The notes below the pieces were generated by a model, which saw nothing but the letters and a program-made list of their open reading frames with translations, was not told where the DNA came from and did not search any database. From assembly GCA_029977305.1 (NCBI GenBank), contig JAPOLF010000002.1, positions 1 to 41,071 of the forward strand: DNA of 41,071 bases, given 5' to 3'. The position numbers were made by a program, and so were the translations under genes. Shown here piece after piece: positions 15,874 through 25,566 of the stretch. This DNA is from a bacterium (GTDB lineage Bacteria > Chloroflexota > Chloroflexia > Thermomicrobiales > UBA6265). Position 1 is the stretch's first letter; each line of letters opens with the position of its first letter.

Positions 15874-17562
15874 ATGTCGGTCAAGCAACTCTCTGACGAC
15901 TTGAATGCGCGGCGGATCTCGCGCCGCCGGTTCTGGCAGGGCGCAGCCGCGCTCGGCTTGACTGCGACGGGCATCAGCGTGCTCGAGCGCGGTGCGCTCG
16001 CCGCTCCGGTGCAGTTCTGGAGCGTGAATCGACAGGATGATCGCGAGCACACCCTGATCGTGGCGGTGTCCGAGAACATCGACACCTTCGACCCGGGCTT
16101 CACCGTCGGCTCGAAGACCGCGCAGACCGCGATCCAGAACACGTTCGACCAACTGACGCAGTACGAGATCGTCGATCTCGTCGCGCCGGACGGCACCCCG
16201 TACAAGGGCGTCAACACCCTCAACATCCTGCCGATGCTTGCGGAGTCGTGGACGCAGGACGGCGACAAGCTCGTCTTCACCATGCGTGACGGTGCGACCT
16301 TCTCCAATGGTGATCCGATCGACGCCAACACGATGGTCGAGGCCTACAAGCGCATCTACGAGACCAACGCGGTCTCCACCTTCCTGCTCAGCATGGGCGG
16401 CGCGGTGACCGGCGCCGATGCGTTCAGCGCCCCGGATGCGAAGACCTTCGTCATCCAGATGTCGAAGCCGAACAGCCTCGTCGCGCAGAACAACACGATG
16501 CACAACACCAGTGCATTGAACCCGAACCAGATCAAGGAAGTTGCCACCGAGGCGGATCCGTGGGGCCTCGAGTTCTTCAAGGCCAACCTCGGCATGGGCA
16601 ACGGCCCGTACATGCTCGAGTCGTACAAGCCGGACGACGCGCTGGTGATGGTCGCGAACCCGAACTACTACGGGGAGCAGCCGTTCTTCACCAAGGTCAT
16701 CCTGAAGGTTGTGCCGGACGCGTCGCAGCGCGTGCAGCTGCTGCTGAACGGCGACGTCGACATGGCCACCCAGATCCCGAAGCAGGAGTACGAGACCCTG
16801 GCGGCGAGCGATGAGATCACCGCCCTCTCGATTCCGTCGAACCTGGTCGCCATGCTCGAGATGAACACCACCCTGGCGCCGTTCGACAAGAAGGAGATCC
16901 GCCAGGCGGTCGCGTACGCGGTGCCGTACCAGGCGATCATCGACCAGGTCTTCAACGGCCAGGCGACCGAGGCGAAGAGCCTCGTCCCGAGCGGGATGCC
17001 GACCAGCGACTTCTCAACCAACATGTACACCACCGACCCGGCAAAGGCGAAGGAACTCCTCGCGGCTGGTGGCTACGACGGGACTCCGGTGAAGCTCAGC
17101 TTCAACGCCGGCATCCCTGAGTGGGAGCGCATCGCGATCCTCGTCCAGGCGGCCCTCAAGGAGGTCGGCATGGAAGTGGAGCTCGAGAAGCTGCCGTACG
17201 CGACCTTCAATGAGCTCGAGCAGGGCCGCAAGCTCCAGATGTGGACGGACGAGTGGATCTCCTGGGTCAACGATCCGTACTACCACCTGAGCTGGCTGGC
17301 CGCGTCGACGAGCCCGACCAACTACCCGAGCTTCGCCAACGAGCGGGTGGACGAGATCATCGCCGAGTTCACCCTTTCCGACCCGTCGCCCGAGAAGGAT
17401 GCGGCGAGCAAGGAAGCGCAGGCGATCATCATCGAAGAGTGCCCGTACGTCTTCCTCTGCCAGCCGAACTGGCTCTTCTACATGCGGAGTGACATCGACA
17501 ACTACGTCTACTACAACGACGAGTTGCCGCGGTACTACCACTTCACGCGCAAGAGCAGCTAG
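15874..17562 (+). CDS. ABC transporter substrate-binding protein, family 5 (peptide/nickel/opine type), Tat signal
   Basis: 562 aa. Signal RRISRRRFWQGAAALGLTATG. AGGAGG RBS. Followed by two permeases and two ATPases in Dpp/Opp order. Confidence 0.85.
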   Translation: MSVKQLSDDLNARRISRRRFWQGAAALGLTATGISVLERGALAAPVQFWSVNRQDDREHTLIVAVSENIDTFDPGFTVGSKTAQTAIQNTFDQLTQYEIVDLVAPDGTPYKGVNTLNILPMLAESWTQDGDKLVFTMRDGATFSNGDPIDANTMVEAYKRIYETNAVSTFLLSMGGAVTGADAFSAPDAKTFVIQMSKPNSLVAQNNTMHNTSALNPNQIKEVATEADPWGLEFFKANLGMGNGPYMLESYKPDDALVMVANPNYYGEQPFFTKVILKVVPDASQRVQLLLNGDVDMATQIPKQEYETLAASDEITALSIPSNLVAMLEMNTTLAPFDKKEIRQAVAYAVPYQAIIDQVFNGQATEAKSLVPSGMPTSDFSTNMYTTDPAKAKELLAAGGYDGTPVKLSFNAGIPEWERIAILVQAALKEVGMEVELEKLPYATFNELEQGRKLQMWTDEWISWVNDPYYHLSWLAASTSPTNYPSFANERVDEIIAEFTLSDPSPEKDAASKEAQAIIIEECPYVFLCQPNWLFYMRSDIDNYVYYNDELPRYYHFTRKSS

Positions 17563-17572
17563 CGCGTTTTGA

Positions 17573-17608
17573 GCCCCCCGGATCGGTGATTCCACCGGTC
17601 CGGGGGGC
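17573..17608 (+). promoter_or_regulatory. Intercistronic GC-rich stem-loop between the family-5 SBP and permease genes
   Basis: GCCCCCCGGAUCGGUG-AUUC-CACCGGUCCGGGGGGC: 16-bp stem (one G-U) with 4-nt loop, 11 nt after the SBP stop (17560-17562). No downstream U-tract. The G6 run can alternatively pair with a C6 run at 17612-17617. Confidence 0.55.
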
Positions 17609-17643
17609 CGACCCCCCACTCGCCTCACGAGGTCCGTCGCCCC

Positions 17644-18657
17644 ATGCGGATGCTCCGCTACATCCTGCGTCGACTCCTGTTCCTGGTGCCGGTGGTGCTC
17701 GGGTCGATTTTCATTGCCTTCCTGCTGACGCGGGTGGTGCCCGGGAACCCGATCGAGCGTGTTGCGGGGCCGTACGCGAGCGAGGAGCGGGTGCTCGAGA
17801 TGAAGGCGGAGGCCAATCTCGACAAGCCGATCCCGCAGCAGTTCCTGATCTATGTCAATGACTTGCTTCACGGCGACATGGGGATGTCCTATACGACGGC
17901 CCAGCCGGTCGGCAAGGACCTGAAAGAGCGGTTCCCCGCGAGCTTCGAACTGGTGATGTTCGCCATCGGGCTGGCGATCGTGCTCGCGATCCCGCTCGGG
18001 GTGGTGAGCGCGGTGAAGCGCGGGTCGTGGATCGACCATGTCGCCCGGGTGATCGCGGTCGCCGGTGTGTCAGCGCCGATCTTCTGGATCGCGATGGTGC
18101 TGCTGTCGATCTTCTACGGGAAGCTCGGCTGGCTGCCGGGATCGCAAGGGCGCCTGCCGATCATCATGTCGCCGCCACCGCACGTGACCGGCATGTACAC
18201 GATCGATGCCCTGCTCGCCGGGGATCCGGTGACCTTCAAGGAGGCGCTGCGGGCGCTGATCCTGCCGGTGTTGACGCTGGCGCTGGTCTCGATGGCGCCG
18301 ATCGCCCGGATGACGCGGGCCACGATGATCGACGCGCTCGATTCCGACTACGTGCGGACGGCGACCTCACTCGGCATCCCGCGGCGGACGGTGGTGATGA
18401 AGCACGCCTTCAAGAACGCGATCATCCCGGTGTTGACGCTGATCGCGGGCGTGATCGGGTACGCCATCGGCGGCGAGGTGCTGATCGAGCTGATCTTCTC
18501 GTGGCCGGGACTCGGGCTGTACTCCTACAACGCGATCATGAGCGCGGATTTCCCCGCCGTGCAGGGATTCATCATCCTCGCCACCTGTCTCTACATCCTC
18601 ATCTACCTGATCGTGGATGTGATCACCGCGTTGCTTGACCCGCGGGTGGAGTACTAG
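17644..18657 (+). CDS. ABC transporter permease (DppB/OppB-like)
   Basis: 337 aa. The N-terminus M(RM)LRYILRRLLFLVPVVLG is typical of DppB-type permeases. Six predicted hydrophobic spans. Confidence 0.85.
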   Translation: MRMLRYILRRLLFLVPVVLGSIFIAFLLTRVVPGNPIERVAGPYASEERVLEMKAEANLDKPIPQQFLIYVNDLLHGDMGMSYTTAQPVGKDLKERFPASFELVMFAIGLAIVLAIPLGVVSAVKRGSWIDHVARVIAVAGVSAPIFWIAMVLLSIFYGKLGWLPGSQGRLPIIMSPPPHVTGMYTIDALLAGDPVTFKEALRALILPVLTLALVSMAPIARMTRATMIDALDSDYVRTATSLGIPRRTVVMKHAFKNAIIPVLTLIAGVIGYAIGGEVLIELIFSWPGLGLYSYNAIMSADFPAVQGFIILATCLYILIYLIVDVITALLDPRVEY

Positions 18658-18659
18658 CG

Positions 18660-19553
18660 ATGAGCGCCACTGCCGCCCAGCCCGAGGCCACGTACGCGCT
18701 GCGCCCGCCGTTCTCCGAGCGGTGGCGACAGGGGATGCGGGCGCTCCGGGCGAATCCGACCGCGGTCGTCGGCCTGGTCATCGTGGTGGCCCTGGTGCTG
18801 ATCGCGATCTTCGCGCCGGTCATCGCGCCCTACGATCCGCAGAAACTCGACATGGAGGTGGTCAGCCAGCCGCCTTCGTCGGCGCACTGGTTCGGCACCG
18901 ATCAGTTCGGGCGCGATGTGCTCTCGTTGGTGATCTGGGGTGCGCGGCTCGATCTCTTCATCGCGCTCTCGGCGGTGATCCTGTCGATGGTCGTCGGCAC
19001 GGTGATCGGCGCGGTCTCCGCCTACGCGGGTGGGATGACCGATGAGATCACGATGCGCACGATGGACATCCTGCAGGCGTTCCCGCGCTTCATCTTCGCG
19101 ATGGGTATCGCGTTCGCGATCGGGCCCGGGATCGGGACGGTGGTGATCGCGACCTCGGTGTTGAACATCCCCGGGTACGCCCGCCTGATGCGTTCGGTGA
19201 TGCTCCCGGCGCGCAAGAGCCAGTACGCCGCCGCCGCCACCTCGGTTGGCGGCTCCCATACCAACGTGTTGTTCCGCCACCTGGTGCCGAACTGCCTGGT
19301 GCCGATCTTCGTGAACTCGACGTTGCAGTTCGGCTGGGCGATTCTCGAGGCGGCGGGGCTGTCCTTCATCGGCCTCGGCGTGGAGAGCTCCGCGGCCGAG
19401 TGGGGCGCGCTGATCCAGCTCGGGTTCCAGGACTTCAACGCCGGCCACTGGTGGATCTACACCTTCCCGGGTCTGGCGATCGCGGTGGCGGTGCTCGGCT
19501 TCAACCTGCTCGGTGATGGCCTGCAGGACATGCTCGATCCGAGGCGGCAGTAA
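18660..19553 (+). CDS. ABC transporter permease (DppC/OppC-like)
   Basis: 297 aa. PSSAHWFGTDQFGRDVLS is the conserved DppC N-terminal periplasmic motif. Starts 2 nt after the preceding stop. Confidence 0.85.
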   Translation: MSATAAQPEATYALRPPFSERWRQGMRALRANPTAVVGLVIVVALVLIAIFAPVIAPYDPQKLDMEVVSQPPSSAHWFGTDQFGRDVLSLVIWGARLDLFIALSAVILSMVVGTVIGAVSAYAGGMTDEITMRTMDILQAFPRFIFAMGIAFAIGPGIGTVVIATSVLNIPGYARLMRSVMLPARKSQYAAAATSVGGSHTNVLFRHLVPNCLVPIFVNSTLQFGWAILEAAGLSFIGLGVESSAAEWGALIQLGFQDFNAGHWWIYTFPGLAIAVAVLGFNLLGDGLQDMLDPRRQ

Positions 19554-20585
19554 GTGATGGCTGAGAAGATGACCGCCGCTCCGCTGCTCCGGGTGGAGAA
19601 TCTGCAGACCTCCTTCTTCACCCGCCGCGGCGTCGCGAAAGTGCTCGACGGGTTCGACCTCGAACTGCGGCGCGGGGAGATCCTCGGGCTGGTCGGCGAG
19701 AGCGGCTCGGGCAAGAGCGTCACCGGCTACTCGATCATCGGGTTGCTCAAGCACCCCGGGAAGATCGTCGGCGGCGAGATCCGCTTCTACGGCAGCAAGG
19801 GTGACCAGCAGGGTATCGATCTCGTCACGTTGCCGGCGAAGCAGATGGCCGAGGTGCGGGGCAAGGAGATCGCGATGATCTTCCAGAACCCGCGCTCGTG
19901 CCTCGATCCGCTGATGAGCGTCGGCGACCAGATCATGGAAGTGCTGAAGTACCGGCGGGGGATGTCGAAGAGCGAGGCGCGCGCGGAATGCATCCGCCTG
20001 CTGAAGACGGTGCACATCCCTGAGCCGGAACGGCGGATGAACGCCTACCCGCACCAATTGTCGGGCGGCATGGCGCAGCGCGTGATGATCGCAATGGCGA
20101 TCTCGTGCGCACCGACGCTGCTGATCGCGGATGAACCGACCACCGGTCTCGACGTCACCACCGAGCACCAGATCCTCGAACTGCTGCGCGAGATGCGCGA
20201 TGTCACCGGTGCCGGGATCATCCTGATCACGCACGACCTGAACATGGCCGCCGAGGTGTGTGACCGGATCACGGTCATGTACGCCGGGAACACCGCGGAG
20301 ACCGCTCCGGTCGAGACCTTCTTCTCCGCTCCTCGGCACCCGTACACGCTCGGGTTGCTCGCATCGCGGCCGCGACTCGGGGAGGAGGGGGACATCCCCA
20401 CCATCCCGGGAAATGTGCCGGATTTGATCCAACGTCCGACCGGCTGCCCGTTCCACCCGCGGTGCCGCTGGGCCACGGAGATCTGCGCGGCGCAGGAGCC
20501 GGAGCCGCGCGTCATCGGCGAAGGACACGTCGTCGCCTGCCATCACACGGAGGTCGTCGCCCGCGATGTCATCGCTGCGGATTGA
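19554..20585 (+). CDS. ABC transporter ATP-binding protein (DppD/OppD-like)
   Basis: Walker A GESGSGKS, signature LSGGMAQRVMIAMAI, Walker B LLIADEPTTGLD. C-terminal oligopeptide-ATPase extension with the CPFHPRC cysteine motif. GTG at 19554 directly abuts the upstream TAA; ATG at 19557 is an equally possible start. Confidence 0.85.
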   Translation: MMAEKMTAAPLLRVENLQTSFFTRRGVAKVLDGFDLELRRGEILGLVGESGSGKSVTGYSIIGLLKHPGKIVGGEIRFYGSKGDQQGIDLVTLPAKQMAEVRGKEIAMIFQNPRSCLDPLMSVGDQIMEVLKYRRGMSKSEARAECIRLLKTVHIPEPERRMNAYPHQLSGGMAQRVMIAMAISCAPTLLIADEPTTGLDVTTEHQILELLREMRDVTGAGIILITHDLNMAAEVCDRITVMYAGNTAETAPVETFFSAPRHPYTLGLLASRPRLGEEGDIPTIPGNVPDLIQRPTGCPFHPRCRWATEICAAQEPEPRVIGEGHVVACHHTEVVARDVIAAD

Positions 20586-21612
20586 GCATCTGGTCAAGCA
20601 CTACGCGATCCGCACGGGCTTCGCCTCGCGGCAGATGCTGCATGCGGTCGATGACATCTCCCTCGACCTCGGGGCGGGCGAGACGCTCGGCTTGGTCGGG
20701 GAGAGCGGCTCCGGGAAGAGCACCGTCGGCAAGTGCGTGACGATGCTCGAGCGGCCGACCTCCGGCCACATCTTCCTTGGCGATGTCGACCTGACCACCC
20801 TGAGCTACAACGAGCTGCGACCGGTGCGCAAAGACATCCAAATGGTCTTCCAAGACCCGAGCGACTCGTTGGATCCGCGCCGCACCGCCGGGGAGACGGT
20901 GATGGAGCCGCTGACGCTCCACCACATCGCCTCCGGCAAGGACGCGATCGAGCGCACCGCGAAGCTGTTCGAGCAGGTTGGGCTGAAACCGGAGCACATG
21001 GTCCGGTTCCCGCACCAGCTCTCGGGCGGGCAGCAGCAGCGGGTGGGGATCGCGCGGGCACTGGCGACCGATCCGAAGGTGATCGTGCTCGACGAGCCGA
21101 CCTCGGCGCTCGACGTCTCGGTGCAGGCGAAACTGATCAAGTTGCTGCGCGATCTGCAGCGCGAGCGGTCGCTCAGCTATCTCTTCATCTCGCATGACCT
21201 CTCGGTGATCGGATACCTCTCGACGCGGGTCGCCGTGATGTACCTCGGGCAGATCGTCGAGATCGGTGAGACGCGGCAGGTCTTCGAGCGGCCGCATCAC
21301 CCCTACACCATGGCGCTGATGAGCGCGGTGCCGGCCTCGAATCCGCTGGAGCGGCGGGAGCGGATCCATCTCAGCGGGGAGATCCCCTCGCCGATCGCTC
21401 CGCCGAACCATTGCCGATTGGTGTCGCGCTGCCCGTTTGCGGTGCCGGCCTGCTCGCAGCAGCCAGCAGTGCTCGAACCGATCGCGCCCGGACATCTCGT
21501 CGCGTGCCATCGGGCGGTGAAGGGCGAGATCCCGATCCCGACGTTCGCGTTCGGATCGACGGTGACGGTCGACAGCCTCGAGGGCGGCGCGGCCGTCGAG
21601 GGGCTCGAATAG
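20566..21612 (+). CDS. ABC transporter ATP-binding protein (DppF/OppF-like)
   Basis: Walker A GESGSGKST, signature LSGGQQQRVGIARAL, Walker B VIVLDEPTSALD, C-terminal CRLVSRCPF motif. Overlaps the preceding ATPase gene by 20 nt. Confidence 0.85.
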   Translation: MSSLRIEHLVKHYAIRTGFASRQMLHAVDDISLDLGAGETLGLVGESGSGKSTVGKCVTMLERPTSGHIFLGDVDLTTLSYNELRPVRKDIQMVFQDPSDSLDPRRTAGETVMEPLTLHHIASGKDAIERTAKLFEQVGLKPEHMVRFPHQLSGGQQQRVGIARALATDPKVIVLDEPTSALDVSVQAKLIKLLRDLQRERSLSYLFISHDLSVIGYLSTRVAVMYLGQIVEIGETRQVFERPHHPYTMALMSAVPASNPLERRERIHLSGEIPSPIAPPNHCRLVSRCPFAVPACSQQPAVLEPIAPGHLVACHRAVKGEIPIPTFAFGSTVTVDSLEGGAAVEGLE

Positions 21613-21622
21613 CGGACCGCGC

Positions 21623-22726
21623 CTAGCCGCGGAGCCCGCTGCCGAAGACGCCGGGCATCGGGATGAATTCCACCTCCGGATACCCGAATGCGGCAGGACC
21701 GACGACACGCAGCGCCTCGGGGGTCTTCAGCATCTCGCTGGCCGGGATCGCCATCACGACGACGCGCATGCCGTACCGCAGGATCTCGGTGGTGATCGGT
21801 TCGGCCGAGTCTTGATCCACGATGCAGATGAGATCCGGGACCACCGCGAGCACGGCACCGGTGTCGTCCCGCGCGATGAGGTTCTCGTTCTGGAAGTCGA
21901 TGACCATCGCGCGGTCGCGGTCGGGGCCGATGCCCTCGAGATGGAGGACGCCGCGGGCGAAACCGCCGACGAGGCGGCGCGAGACGTCGACGATCTTGCC
22001 GTGGAAGAGGCGCTCGCCTCCCGCGACGGCGAGCGCGGCGTCCACCGGATCGCCGGTGCCACCGCGAGCCGCGAGCACCGCCTCGCCGATCTTGGTCGCC
22101 AGGGTGTAGGTGCCGGCCACGGTGGTGCGGCGGAGCTCGGCGGCGGTCATCGGCGGGAAGGCGTAGCCGCTGGAGGCGCCCATCTCGACGCAGACGACCC
22201 GGGCGTAGCGTTCGAGGGTCTGGGCGTCGTCGATGCCGTCGAACGTGACGACGTGGCCGCGCGGATCGGCGATGGCCGCCGGCGTCGGGGCGACGCCGTA
22301 GATGGTGAAGGTGTCCATCTGGAGCTCGGGGAAGGCGCGACCCATGCCGTCACCGTCGATCACGGGCAGGCCGGTCTGGGCGCCGACGATGAGGGGTGCC
22401 ATGGAGTTGATACCGCCGATCTCGCTGGCGATGAGGTGGGTGAAGCGGCGACCGATGTGGTCCTCGAGCGCGCGCATGGCGAGCAGCGGCTCGTCGCCGC
22501 GGTTGATGCGTTCATTCGAGACGATGGGTGCGCCCATGTTGCCGACGGTGGTGGCGTAGGCGTCGTCACCGATCTCGTCGAGCGAGACGACGGTGATGGA
22601 GCGCCCGGCGCGCAGGTGGGTGAGTGCCTCGAGTTTGCCGACGAAGGGGTTGCCGCCGCCTCCGGTGCCGAGGATGCCAGCCCCGATGGCGAGTGCTTCG
22701 AGCATCGATTCCGTCACCTGGTACAT
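21623..22726 (-). CDS. DUF917-family protein, paralogue 2
   Basis: 367 aa. [39 protein letters not shown] and PDLICIVDQDSAEPITTEILRYGMRV. Collinear with paralogue 1 over its full length. Confidence 0.85.
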   Translation of the reverse strand: MYQVTESMLEALAIGAGILGTGGGGNPFVGKLEALTHLRAGRSITVVSLDEIGDDAYATTVGNMGAPIVSNERINRGDEPLLAMRALEDHIGRRFTHLIASEIGGINSMAPLIVGAQTGLPVIDGDGMGRAFPELQMDTFTIYGVAPTPAAIADPRGHVVTFDGIDDAQTLERYARVVCVEMGASSGYAFPPMTAAELRRTTVAGTYTLATKIGEAVLAARGGTGDPVDAALAVAGGERLFHGKIVDVSRRLVGGFARGVLHLEGIGPDRDRAMVIDFQNENLIARDDTGAVLAVVPDLICIVDQDSAEPITTEILRYGMRVVVMAIPASEMLKTPEALRVVGPAAFGYPEVEFIPMPGVFGSGLRG

Positions 22727-22904
22727 GAACCGTCGACTCCTTGGTGATCATCGTGATCCGTTCCGCGCGCCGCGACGAGCAGGTCGCGTGCGAAGCCAGG
22801 GAAGCATCGCATGAACGCTCCGTGCGCGGTGATAAGATCGTCTCGGCGACGCGGGAAAGAGGCGTCGCGCGATCGGGATTCGCCTCAGCAATCGGGAGAG
22901 ACAG

Positions 22905-24458
22905 ATGAGTCTGCGCATCGGCATCGACGTCGGCGGAACGAACACCGACGCCGTCCTCATGGACGATTTGAAAGTAGTTTCCAAGATCAAGACGCCGACG
23001 ACCGCGGACGTGACCACGGGCATCACCAACGGCCTCAAGTTCGTGCTCGAGAGCTCCGGCACCGCAACCTCTGCGGTGAACGGCGTGATGATCGGCACCA
23101 CCCATTTCACCAATGCGGTGGTGGAGCGACGCCGCCTGCAGAAGACGGCCGCGGTGCGACTCGGGTTGCCGGCGACGGCGGCCCTTCCTCCGATGGTTGA
23201 CTGGCCGCAGGACCTTGCCGACACGATCGGCGGCAACAACTACCTCTGCCACGGTGGCCATGAGTTCGACGGGCGCCCGATCTCCGCCCTGCGGCCGGAT
23301 GAGATCAAGGCGGTTGCCGAGGATCTGAACGCGAAGGGGATCACCGCGGTCGCGGTCTCCTCGGTCTTCTCGCCGGTCAACACAGACCTCGAAAATGAGG
23401 TCGCGGCGATGCTCCGCGAGTGGGTGCCGGGTGTCTCGGTCACTCCGTCGCACGAGATCGGGCGCATCGGCCTGCTCGAGCGCGAGAATGCGGCCATCCT
23501 CAATGCCTGCCTGCGGCAACTGGCGGCCGAAACCGTTGCCGCCTTCCGCAAGGCGATCAGCGACATGGGGATCACCGCGCCGCTCTATCTGACCCAGAAC
23601 GACGGCACCCTGATGAGCGCGGAGTTCGCCGAGCAGTACCCGGTGCTGACCTTCGCGTCGGGACCGACGAACTCGATGCGTGGCGCCGCCTTCCTCTCGG
23701 GGTTGAAGGACGCCATGGTGGTTGACGTGGGCGGCACGACGTCGGACGTCGGCGCGCTGACCCACGGCTTCCCGCGTGAGGCATCGGTGGCCGTTGATAT
23801 CGGCGGGGTGCGCACCAACTTCCGCATGCCGGACGTCTTCTCGTTCGGCTTGGGCGGCGGCTCGCTGGTGAAGGAGGACCCGCTGCGGATCGGGCCGCAG
23901 TCGGTCGGCTTCCGGATCACGCAGGAGGCCTTGGTCTTCGGTGGCAACACCTTGACGACCACCGACATCGCGGTGGCCGCGGGTGTCGCTGAGATCGGCG
24001 ATCCCTCGCGCGTCGCCCACCTCGACAAGGCGCTGGTCGCGGCGGCCATGGCTCGCATCCAAGAAATGAGCGAGGCGGCGGTCGACCGGATGAAGACGAG
24101 TGCGGAGCCGGTTCCGGTGATCGTGGTCGGCGGCGGCAGCGTCCTGATCGCGAAGCCGCTTGCCGGGGCATCGGAGATGGTGAAGCCGAACCATTACGAG
24201 GCCGCCAACGCGGTCGGCGCGGCGATCGCGCAGATCTCTGGCGAGGTCGATCGGGTCTATTCGCTGGCGGGGATGTCCCGCGACGCGGCGCTCGACGATG
24301 CGAAGAGTGAGGCATCGCAGAAGGCCGTTGAGGCGGGGGCCGACCCCTCGACGGTGCAGATCGTCGACGTCGAGGACGTGCCGCTGGCGTACCTGCCGGG
24401 CAACGCGACGCGGATCCGGGTGAAGGCGGTGGGGGACCTCACGCTGGTGGGGAGGTAA
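22905..24458 (+). CDS. Hydantoinase/oxoprolinase-family ATPase, short HyuA-like form with no adjacent HyuB partner
   Basis: 517 aa. ASKHA motifs RIGIDVGGTNTDAVL and MVVDVGGTTSDVGAL. GGGAGAG RBS. About 160 aa shorter than the canonical HyuA at 10498-12531. Followed after a 3-nt gap by DUF917 paralogue 3. Confidence 0.8.
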   Translation: MSLRIGIDVGGTNTDAVLMDDLKVVSKIKTPTTADVTTGITNGLKFVLESSGTATSAVNGVMIGTTHFTNAVVERRRLQKTAAVRLGLPATAALPPMVDWPQDLADTIGGNNYLCHGGHEFDGRPISALRPDEIKAVAEDLNAKGITAVAVSSVFSPVNTDLENEVAAMLREWVPGVSVTPSHEIGRIGLLERENAAILNACLRQLAAETVAAFRKAISDMGITAPLYLTQNDGTLMSAEFAEQYPVLTFASGPTNSMRGAAFLSGLKDAMVVDVGGTTSDVGALTHGFPREASVAVDIGGVRTNFRMPDVFSFGLGGGSLVKEDPLRIGPQSVGFRITQEALVFGGNTLTTTDIAVAAGVAEIGDPSRVAHLDKALVAAAMARIQEMSEAAVDRMKTSAEPVPVIVVGGGSVLIAKPLAGASEMVKPNHYEAANAVGAAIAQISGEVDRVYSLAGMSRDAALDDAKSEASQKAVEAGADPSTVQIVDVEDVPLAYLPGNATRIRVKAVGDLTLVGR

Positions 24459-24461
24459 CCC

Positions 24462-25556
24462 ATGCGGCAGGTCACGTCGGAAGATCTGAATGACATTGCC
24501 CTCGGGGCGGCGGTGCTCGGCACCGGTGGTGGCGGCGATCCGTACATCGGGAAGTTGATGGCGCAGTCCTCGATGGCCACGCACGGCGCGGCGACGATGA
24601 TGTATGCCGACGAACTCGACGATGACGACCTTGTCATCCCCTCGGCGATGATGGGTGCGCCGACGGTGATGGTCGAGAAGGTGCCGTCGGGGAAAGAGAT
24701 TGTCACCGCGTTCAAGGCACTGACCGAGTACTACGGGAAGGAGCCGCGGGCGACGATGTCCTGCGAGGCGGGCGGGCTCAATTCGACCACCCCGTTCACG
24801 GTGGCGGTCGAACTCGGGATCCCGATCGTCGACGCCGACATGATGGGCCGGGCCTTCCCTGAGTTGCAGATGTGCACGCCGACCCTTGCGGGCATCAACG
24901 CGACTCCCATGGCTGTTGCGGATGAGAAAGGCAACAGCGTCATCATCAACACCGTCGAGAACCGATGGACCGAGACGTTCGCTCGGACGCTCACCGTCGA
25001 CATGGGGTGCTCCGCGATGATCGCGCTGTACGCCATGACCGGGAAGCAGGTGAAGGAGGCGTGCGTGCTCGGCACGATCTCCTACGCCGAGCGGATCGGG
25101 CAGGCGATCCGGCGGGCACGGGCGAACCACCTCGACCCGGTGGAGACGGTGCGTGCGGCGACCGGTGGCTACATCCTCTGGCAGGGAAAAGTGGGGGATG
25201 TCGCGCGGCGGACCGAGACGGGATTCGCGCGAGGCGATGCCCGCATCGACGGCACCGGGGCGTTCGACGGACGATCGCTGTCGCTCTCGTTCCAAAATGA
25301 ATTCCTGATTGCGCGAGACGGTGACACCGTGCTAGCGACGACGCCCGACCTGATCACCGTGCTCGATGCGGAGACCGGCGTGGCGATCACGACCGAGACG
25401 CTGCGGTACGGCTACCGGGTGGTGGTGATCGCGATGCCGTGTGACCCGCGGTGGCGCACGGCTGAGGGGTTGCAACTCGTCGGCCCGGATTACTTCGGCT
25501 ACGGGGTGCCGTACATCCCGGTCGAGCAGCGGATGAAGGCGCTCGGCGGGCGCTGA
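24462..25556 (+). CDS. DUF917-family protein, paralogue 3 (diverged)
   Basis: 364 aa. [37 protein letters not shown] and PDLITVLDAETGVAITTETLRYGYRV. Shares the family blocks but is clearly more distant from paralogues 1 and 2. Confidence 0.8.
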   Translation: MRQVTSEDLNDIALGAAVLGTGGGGDPYIGKLMAQSSMATHGAATMMYADELDDDDLVIPSAMMGAPTVMVEKVPSGKEIVTAFKALTEYYGKEPRATMSCEAGGLNSTTPFTVAVELGIPIVDADMMGRAFPELQMCTPTLAGINATPMAVADEKGNSVIINTVENRWTETFARTLTVDMGCSAMIALYAMTGKQVKEACVLGTISYAERIGQAIRRARANHLDPVETVRAATGGYILWQGKVGDVARRTETGFARGDARIDGTGAFDGRSLSLSFQNEFLIARDGDTVLATTPDLITVLDAETGVAITTETLRYGYRVVVIAMPCDPRWRTAEGLQLVGPDYFGYGVPYIPVEQRMKALGGR

Positions 25557-25566
25557 GGACACGACG

